The translations under genes and the position numbers were made by a program. From Allocoleopsis franciscana PCC 7113 (GTDB lineage Bacteria; Cyanobacteriota; Cyanobacteriia; Cyanobacteriales; Coleofasciculaceae), in NCBI RefSeq assembly GCF_000317515.1, contig NC_019738.1, positions 2,471,224 to 2,503,223 on the forward strand: a DNA stretch of 32,000 nt, written 5' to 3'. Below are positions 27,184 to 32,000 of this stretch, piece by piece (position 1 is the stretch's first letter; the number at the start of each line of letters is the position of its first letter). The notes under the pieces were generated by a model. The model was not told the origin of the DNA and did not search any database. It saw only the letters and a program-made list of their open reading frames with translations.

Positions 27184-29982
27184 ATGCAGTTGACTATGCC
27201 AAATTTCCCTAAGCCCAGTGGTGACCTACCTGAAGTCTTGAGTCCGTTTAATCTACGCCATTATTGGCTGCTTGCTTACTGGGTCTACTTCCGTCCGACG
27301 GCGTTTCATCGCTACCTCTACCAAGCCTCTCCCGATGTTTATCAGTTGAGGGGTTATCGCAAATTTGTACAGACGTGGAGGATTCGAGCCTATCGCAATA
27401 TTTATCTGATGCTGCCATTGGCGGTCGTGTTAATGGCTTTACTTGTGGGATTAGTGCTGTTCCTGTACAAATCAATCACCGTTGTTAACAACACCGCTTG
27501 GGTAAATGCGATCGCCGTGTCCCCAAACGGGCAAATTGCCGTCACCGCCTCTGGCGATCGCGCCTTGAAAGTCAAAGTGCCCTCCGCTGATAGCTCCCTG
27601 AAAGTTTGGAATTTGCAGTGGGGTTCACAAATGCACACCCTGATTGGTCATGAACATGGTGTCACCGATGTCGCTATCACCCCAGATGGACAGAAAGCCA
27701 TTTCGGCATCCCGCGATCGCACGCTCAAAGTCTGGGACATCCGGCGGGGTACTCAACTGCACGAACTCAAAGGTCACAAAGAATGGGTGAGCCATCTGGT
27801 AATTACCCCCGATGGGCATCAAGCTATCTCCTCGTCGGGAGATAAAACCTTGAGGGTTTGGGATATCGACCAAGGCATCCCCCTCCAAACCCTAACGGGT
27901 CATAATGGTGAGATCTGGGATATAGCGGTTACACCTGATGGGCAACGGGCGGTTTCTGCTTCTGCCGATCGCACCTTGAAAGTTTGGGACTTAGCTCAAG
28001 GGAAAGAACTCTACACCCTGAGTGGTCATGGTGCTTGGGTCACCAAGGTCGTCCTCACCCCAGATGGCAAGCAGGCGATTTCCGCCTCATCGGATAAAAC
28101 CTTAAAAGTGTGGGACATCGAACAAGGGAAAGAACTCTACACCCTAACCGGTCATAGTAACTCGGTTCTCGATGTTGCCTTATCCCCCGATGGCAAGCAA
28201 GCCGTTTCTGCTTCGGCTGATCGCACCCTGAAAGTATGGGATATCCAGCAAGGAAAATTGCTTAACACCCTAACCGGACATCAGGGCTGGGTGACCAGTG
28301 TGGCAATGGCCTCCGATGGTAAGCAAGTGGTTTCTGCTTCTTCTGACCAAACGATGAAAGTGTGGGACTTAGGCAGTGCGATCGCGCTACATACCTTAGC
28401 GGGTCATCATGCTTGGGTTACAGCAATTGCGGTATTGCCAAAAACGGCACGCCTAATATCTGCTTCCTTTGAAGGCCCCCCCAAACTCTGGAGCCTGAAT
28501 CGTGGCATAGAACAGCCAATGCTAGGCGTGATTGGCACGGGAATTGGCATGAACGTATCCTTCGCCATAGCCTTGACTTTCATGGTACTGGCTGGAGCCG
28601 TGAGCCTCGCCATCTTTTTAGCCATCAGCGTCATTGCCTTGGGCATTATCGGCAATATTACTGCCAGCCTACTCATTGGCCTCTTCGGCAGCCTCGGATT
28701 TTGTGTCGGCTTTTTGATGGCGGATCGGATTGCTGCCGATCCAATGCTCGAAGAAGTGTACCAGGCGAGAAACATCAGCCTCACCCTCACGATCATTTCT
28801 GGGATTCTCTTCGGTCTCCTCGTGGGCATTTCCTTTGCACTGTCGAGCCGCACTGCAACCGGGGTCTTTGCTAGCATCGTCTTCATTCTGGTTCTGGGTA
28901 TCGGTGTCGGCATCGTTGTCGCTTGCGTGGTCACAGAGGCTTTGAGCTTCAACGGTCGCTTACGACCGGGAATCCGGGCAGGGGAAGCGGTTAGCATCGG
29001 CTTCAATTTGCTGGTTGCGATTGGGGCGTTACGCCTCCCGATTTACCCGATTCAGTTCTTGATGGCACTCTTGGGTCGGTTTAGGGAAAAATGGCATCCG
29101 GCGGCATGGGACGAGTTGCTGGTTTTGCCGGTTCCTAGAACCCAGGCATTCCTCCAATCGCACCTCCAAGCATCGGAACGCGAAGGACTGCGCCTCGTGG
29201 CAGATGTGGCTCGTAACCCGTTTCAGCGGCCTTGGGCACAGCGAGCCTTACAAACCCATCTACACAAAGTCTCTGCACCGCTTCACTTCCTCTATGACTT
29301 GTTGACTTCTGAGGATTTCAATACTTATCTTCTCGCACCTGTAAGGAGGGTCGATTGGCAGCTCATGCCGACAACCCGACAAGTCTTGTTAGGGGAATTG
29401 GCCCATCAGCGAGTGGATGGCAGTGGCGCTGGCATCAATCAAATCGCCGAAAATCTGGTCTGGGGGTTAACCCGGTTCGTTCGCAATCGCCAGCGTTCAC
29501 CTCTGACTCGCTTTGCCGGTCTGATTTATGAGCTAACTTATACCAAGACCTTTGAGGCCGTGGATTTCAACCTATTCGCCTTGGAAAAAAGCTACGCTGG
29601 CTTAAGCCAGTATCCCGGTGGTGTAGAAATAGCTGACTCGTTTGAAGCACTGGCTACGTTTTTGACCTATGACCATCTGTCTGACTTGACGGGGGCTAGA
29701 GATATGGTTTCGTGGCTGTCGGTTCAGGAGTTTTCGATCCGTCCGACGGTGCTGAGTGCTCTCCTACGTCTTGGAGACATTGGGACAAAGGTGAAGGCTT
29801 ATCAGGCTGCCACGACCACGGTTGAGCAACTGGCTACTTTGGCTCAGATCACGAGTGCCCTGGAAATTTTGGATGAAGAGGTGGTGGAACAAGTCTTGGT
29901 GCCAGAGCAGGCTATCTTGAGGCGCATCATTCGCCAATGGCGGTGCCTGGTGAGTCAAGCGATGGCACAAGTGGGTCAATAG
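27184..29982 (+). CDS. membrane protein: TM helix, 8 WD40 repeats, 5-6 TM segments, unrecognised ~300-aa C-terminal domain
   Basis: 932 aa. TM1 is approximately aa 74-95 (27403-27468). Eight units of the type VTDVAITPDGQKAISASxDRTLKVWDIxxGxxLxTLTGH span about 27490-28530. A hydrophobic block spans about 28550-29060. The C-terminus is helix-rich. No GxxxxGK[ST] P-loop occurs anywhere in the protein. Confidence 0.8.
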   Translation: MQLTMPNFPKPSGDLPEVLSPFNLRHYWLLAYWVYFRPTAFHRYLYQASPDVYQLRGYRKFVQTWRIRAYRNIYLMLPLAVVLMALLVGLVLFLYKSITVVNNTAWVNAIAVSPNGQIAVTASGDRALKVKVPSADSSLKVWNLQWGSQMHTLIGHEHGVTDVAITPDGQKAISASRDRTLKVWDIRRGTQLHELKGHKEWVSHLVITPDGHQAISSSGDKTLRVWDIDQGIPLQTLTGHNGEIWDIAVTPDGQRAVSASADRTLKVWDLAQGKELYTLSGHGAWVTKVVLTPDGKQAISASSDKTLKVWDIEQGKELYTLTGHSNSVLDVALSPDGKQAVSASADRTLKVWDIQQGKLLNTLTGHQGWVTSVAMASDGKQVVSASSDQTMKVWDLGSAIALHTLAGHHAWVTAIAVLPKTARLISASFEGPPKLWSLNRGIEQPMLGVIGTGIGMNVSFAIALTFMVLAGAVSLAIFLAISVIALGIIGNITASLLIGLFGSLGFCVGFLMADRIAADPMLEEVYQARNISLTLTIISGILFGLLVGISFALSSRTATGVFASIVFILVLGIGVGIVVACVVTEALSFNGRLRPGIRAGEAVSIGFNLLVAIGALRLPIYPIQFLMALLGRFREKWHPAAWDELLVLPVPRTQAFLQSHLQASEREGLRLVADVARNPFQRPWAQRALQTHLHKVSAPLHFLYDLLTSEDFNTYLLAPVRRVDWQLMPTTRQVLLGELAHQRVDGSGAGINQIAENLVWGLTRFVRNRQRSPLTRFAGLIYELTYTKTFEAVDFNLFALEKSYAGLSQYPGGVEIADSFEALATFLTYDHLSDLTGARDMVSWLSVQEFSIRPTVLSALLRLGDIGTKVKAYQAATTTVEQLATLAQITSALEILDEEVVEQVLVPEQAILRRIIRQWRCLVSQAMAQVGQ

Positions 29983-30033
29983 ACCTAATCTGATACCAAT
30001 TCACTAAAATCCTCCTACAGATGTTTTTCTTAT

Positions 30034-30052
30034 TCCCCCCTTAATAAGGGGG
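30034..30052. repeat. perfect 19-bp palindrome CCCCCCTTA-A-TAAGGGGGG
   Basis: Read directly from the sequence. It lies in the 110-bp gap between the convergent WD40-membrane gene and the XRE gene. No adjacent T-run is present on either strand. Confidence 0.8.
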
Positions 30053-30092
30053 GTCAGTGTGTAAGACCAAATCCGGTCAGAAAACCTTGAGA

Positions 30093-30305
30093 TTACTCTT
30101 GAACGGTTTCAATTAAATCTTCCATCAAGACATCAAATGTGCGAGCCAGTTTTTGCAGCGCTGTCACATCCACCGTTGCCATCCCTGCCGATCGCGCGTA
30201 TGTGGTCACTGTGCTGTAGGGAATTCCTGCCCGTGCAGCAACTTCTTTGAGCGTCCAACCCTTCTCGTCAGCCAGATCGCGTATTCGCAGCCTAACTAGA
30301 CCCAT
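30093..30305 (-). CDS. XRE/Cro-type helix-turn-helix protein (70 aa)
   Basis: The HTH is GWTLKEVAARAGIPYSTVTTYARS. A purine-rich RBS (AAGGGAAAGG) lies just upstream of the ATG at 30305. Confidence 0.8.
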   Translation of the reverse strand: MGLVRLRIRDLADEKGWTLKEVAARAGIPYSTVTTYARSAGMATVDVTALQKLARTFDVLMEDLIETVQE

Positions 30306-30319
30306 CCTTTCCCTTGACG

Positions 30320-30339
30320 AAGAACGAGTTCTCGTTCTT
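30320..30339. promoter_or_regulatory. candidate operator AAGAACGAG-TT-CTCGTTCTT
   Basis: Perfect 9-bp arms, located 15 nt upstream of the XRE start codon. The repeat is embedded between a TTGACG (30314-30319) and a TTTAAT (30338-30343) on the + strand, which are spaced 18 nt apart. Confidence 0.45.
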
Positions 30340-30367
30340 TAATGTGGATAACTTCAACAGCTAAATA

Positions 30368-30403
30368 GAATCGCCCTCTGGACTGGAAACTAAAGGGCGA
30401 TTC
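30368..30403. promoter_or_regulatory. 10-bp-arm inverted repeat GAATCGCCCT-N16-AGGGCGATTC
   Basis: Perfect arms at 30368-30377 and 30394-30403. It lies in the divergent region and would fall in the 5' leader of a rightward transcript. Confidence 0.4.
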
Positions 30404-30436
30404 CACGCAATCCTCACAAAATTGGAGGCAAATAAC

Positions 30437-30514
30437 ATGATATCAAGACCGCAGCCAATCGCAATGGCTGTACCTCGGTTGCGTCGGATTGCAGCGATAG
30501 GGAGGGACGTATGA
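30437..30514 (+). CDS. 25-codon leader ORF (MISRPQPIAMAVPRLRRIAAIGRDV)
   Basis: GGAGG (30424-30428) lies 8 nt upstream of the ATG. Its TGA stop (30512-30514) overlaps the ATG (30511-30513) of the next ORF as ATGA. It is too short for the ORF track. Confidence 0.3.
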   Translation: MISRPQPIAMAVPRLRRIAAIGRDV

Positions 30515-30711
30515 CTTACAAAGATCGACTGTCCCCTTGGTGCATTGTCCGTCACCTCCCGCAAGCGCAAAGCCGTGTAGTAGCGTGTTCTCGTCGTCGA
30601 AATGATGCTGAAGAACATCTCCGGGTGCTCAGGAAGATGACACCAACTGCCGACTACAGCATTATCTTTGACCCCATGATGGAAAGTACTGACACCATCG
30701 CCAATACTTAA
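30511..30711 (+). CDS. small hypothetical protein (66 aa)
   Basis: GGAGGGA (30501-30507) lies 3 nt upstream of the ATG, and a terminator hairpin lies downstream. The composition is plausible (LSPWCIVRHLPQAQSRVVACSRRRNDAEEHLRVLRKMTP). The overlapping minus-strand ORF looks like an antisense artefact. Confidence 0.5.
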   Translation: MTYKDRLSPWCIVRHLPQAQSRVVACSRRRNDAEEHLRVLRKMTPTADYSIIFDPMMESTDTIANT

Positions 30712-30781
30712 TCAGCTTTGGCAAACATTCTATTCTCTTTTGAACAAATAGAGAAATGAAATTCGTTTGCGTAGCATGTTC

Positions 30782-30816
30782 AAGCGGGATGCGCTACCGT
30801 ATCCCGCTTCTTTATG
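30782..30816 (+). terminator. hairpin terminator after the 66-codon ORF
   Basis: The stem is AAGCGGGAT (30782-30790) with ATCCCGCTT (30801-30809), giving 9 bp and a 10-nt loop. It is followed by the T-rich CTTTATG. Confidence 0.6.
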
Positions 30817-30852
30817 ATTAACAATAAATAAAGCTTTTTAATGTAATTGGCG

Positions 30853-32000
30853 ATGAATCTCTACCTTGGCATTGATTTCGGCACCTCTGGTGCAAGGGCG
30901 ATTGTGATTAACGCCGAAGGTGTGATTCAATCCGAAACGAAATATTCTTTTACAGAGGCATCATTACCCTCAGCCGCCGTTACCTGGAAACGGGCTTTAT
31001 TTGCCTTAATTGAGCAAATTCCTCAGGAAATACGCACAGGAATCAAAGCGATCGCCATTAATGGCACCTCCTCCACTGTACTGTTATGCGATGCCACAGG
31101 GCAACCGATAACTGAACCCCTCATGTACAACGATAATCGAGGGATAGAAGTCATGGAGACGCTAAGAGCCATCGCACCGCCTAATCACACTGTCTTAAGT
31201 CCTACCTCCAGTCTCGCCAAACTCCTATGGTTAAAGCGAAAGGCAGAAGGTAAAAGGCAAAATGACTATTTCCTGCATCAAGCGGATTGGTTGGCGTTTC
31301 TGTTACACGGACAACTGGGTATTAGTGATTATCACAATGCTTTAAAACTTGGATATGACCCGGAACAGTTATGCTATCCCTGTTGGATGGAACAATTGCC
31401 GGAAATGTCAGTACTACCACAAGTTTTGGCTCCTGGAACACCCGTGGGTGAAATAACAGCAGACGTGGCTCAGCACTTAGAATTGTCACAAGATTGTGTG
31501 GTGTGTACGGGTACAACCGATAGTATTGCTGCTTTTCTCGCCAGTGGTGCCGAGTCTCCGGGTGAAGCGGTAACTTCTCTGGGTTCCACCTTAGTGCTGA
31601 AGCTGTTGAGTCGGACTCGTGTTGATGATGCCAGATACGGGATTTATAGCCATCGATTAGGTGATTTGTGGCTAACTGGTGGGGCATCGAATACAGGTGG
31701 GGCGGTGTTGCGGCATTTCTTCAGCGATGCAGAATTAGAAAGCCTCAGTTGCCAAATCAATCCGAATAAAGAGAGTCCTCTGGATTATTATCCCTTGCTT
31801 AAAGTTGGCGATCGCTTTCCGATTAATGACCCCAATCTGCCACCTCAATTAGAACCTCGCCCAACGGACTCCGTGAAATTTCTGCATGGCTTACTGGAGG
31901 GCATGGCACGAATTGAAGCACGAGGATATCGATTATTACAACAACTTGGTGCCACTCAACTTAATCGCGTTTACACAGCCGGTGGTGGTGCCAAAAATCC
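30853..32000 (+). CDS. FGGY-family carbohydrate kinase (partial, runs off the right edge)
   Basis: Hand translation from ATG 30853 gives MNLYLGIDFGTSGARAIV...GTTDSIAAFLASG...GGASNTGG...YTAGGGAKN, the actin-fold sugar kinase motifs. Confidence 0.85.
   Translation, partial: MNLYLGIDFGTSGARAIVINAEGVIQSETKYSFTEASLPSAAVTWKRALFALIEQIPQEIRTGIKAIAINGTSSTVLLCDATGQPITEPLMYNDNRGIEVMETLRAIAPPNHTVLSPTSSLAKLLWLKRKAEGKRQNDYFLHQADWLAFLLHGQLGISDYHNALKLGYDPEQLCYPCWMEQLPEMSVLPQVLAPGTPVGEITADVAQHLELSQDCVVCTGTTDSIAAFLASGAESPGEAVTSLGSTLVLKLLSRTRVDDARYGIYSHRLGDLWLTGGASNTGGAVLRHFFSDAELESLSCQINPNKESPLDYYPLLKVGDRFPINDPNLPPQLEPRPTDSVKFLHGLLEGMARIEARGYRLLQQLGATQLNRVYTAGGGAKN

Noticed and set aside
28407-29006. 199-aa ORF on the minus strand
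   Set aside because: It lies exactly antisense to the hydrophobic TM block of the WD40-membrane gene. Its K/R/P/M/T-rich low-complexity translation is the typical mirror of a Leu/Ile/Gly/Ala-rich frame, and no RBS or motif is present.
30361-30618. 85-aa ORF on the minus strand upstream of the XRE gene
   Set aside because: It overlaps the + strand leader ORF and the 66-codon ORF, both of which have consensus Shine-Dalgarno sequences and a downstream terminator. The minus frame has no RBS and an R/S/I-rich artefact-like composition.

Overview
Cyanobacterial chromosomal segment. The evidence is 28 copies (counted by eye) of the HIP1 octamer GCGATCGC, an unmistakable ntcA, and a cyanobacterial-style WD40 C-terminal tail. 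The left end (1-3595) is a sugar-modification cluster: epimerase fragment, GT-B glycosyltransferase, GT2 and a DxD transferase. Housekeeping genes recognised by motif are a yqgF-like nuclease, a coiled-coil membrane protein, ntcA, fabI, hisB, clpB, folP, tpiA and a partial FGGY kinase. The regions most worth a second look are these. (i) A 1142-aa protein at 9074-12502 consists of one TM helix, an NB-ARC-type STAND NTPase and 14 WD40 repeats whose coding units are near-identical. It is convergent with a tightly coupled XRE-HTH/GNAT bicistron at 12584-13334. (ii) A 932-aa protein at 27184-29982 has no NTPase, and its 8 WD40 blades lie between an N-terminal TM helix and a 5-6-TM bundle plus an unrecognised ~300-aa C-terminal domain. 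It is followed by a compact divergent XRE switch (30093-30816) with two strong inverted repeats and a 25-codon leader ORF that is ATGA-coupled to a 66-codon ORF. (iii) A 161-bp MITE (4108-4268) has terminal inverted repeats and an 8-bp target duplication. It is built from a two-hairpin module that recurs as a solo copy at 8947-8992. (iv) An AT-rich islet of small secreted or membrane proteins spans 15.9-17.8 kb. I recognised no rRNA, tRNA, CRISPR array, transposase, integrase or reverse transcriptase. All functional calls rest on motif recognition by eye; no database search was run.
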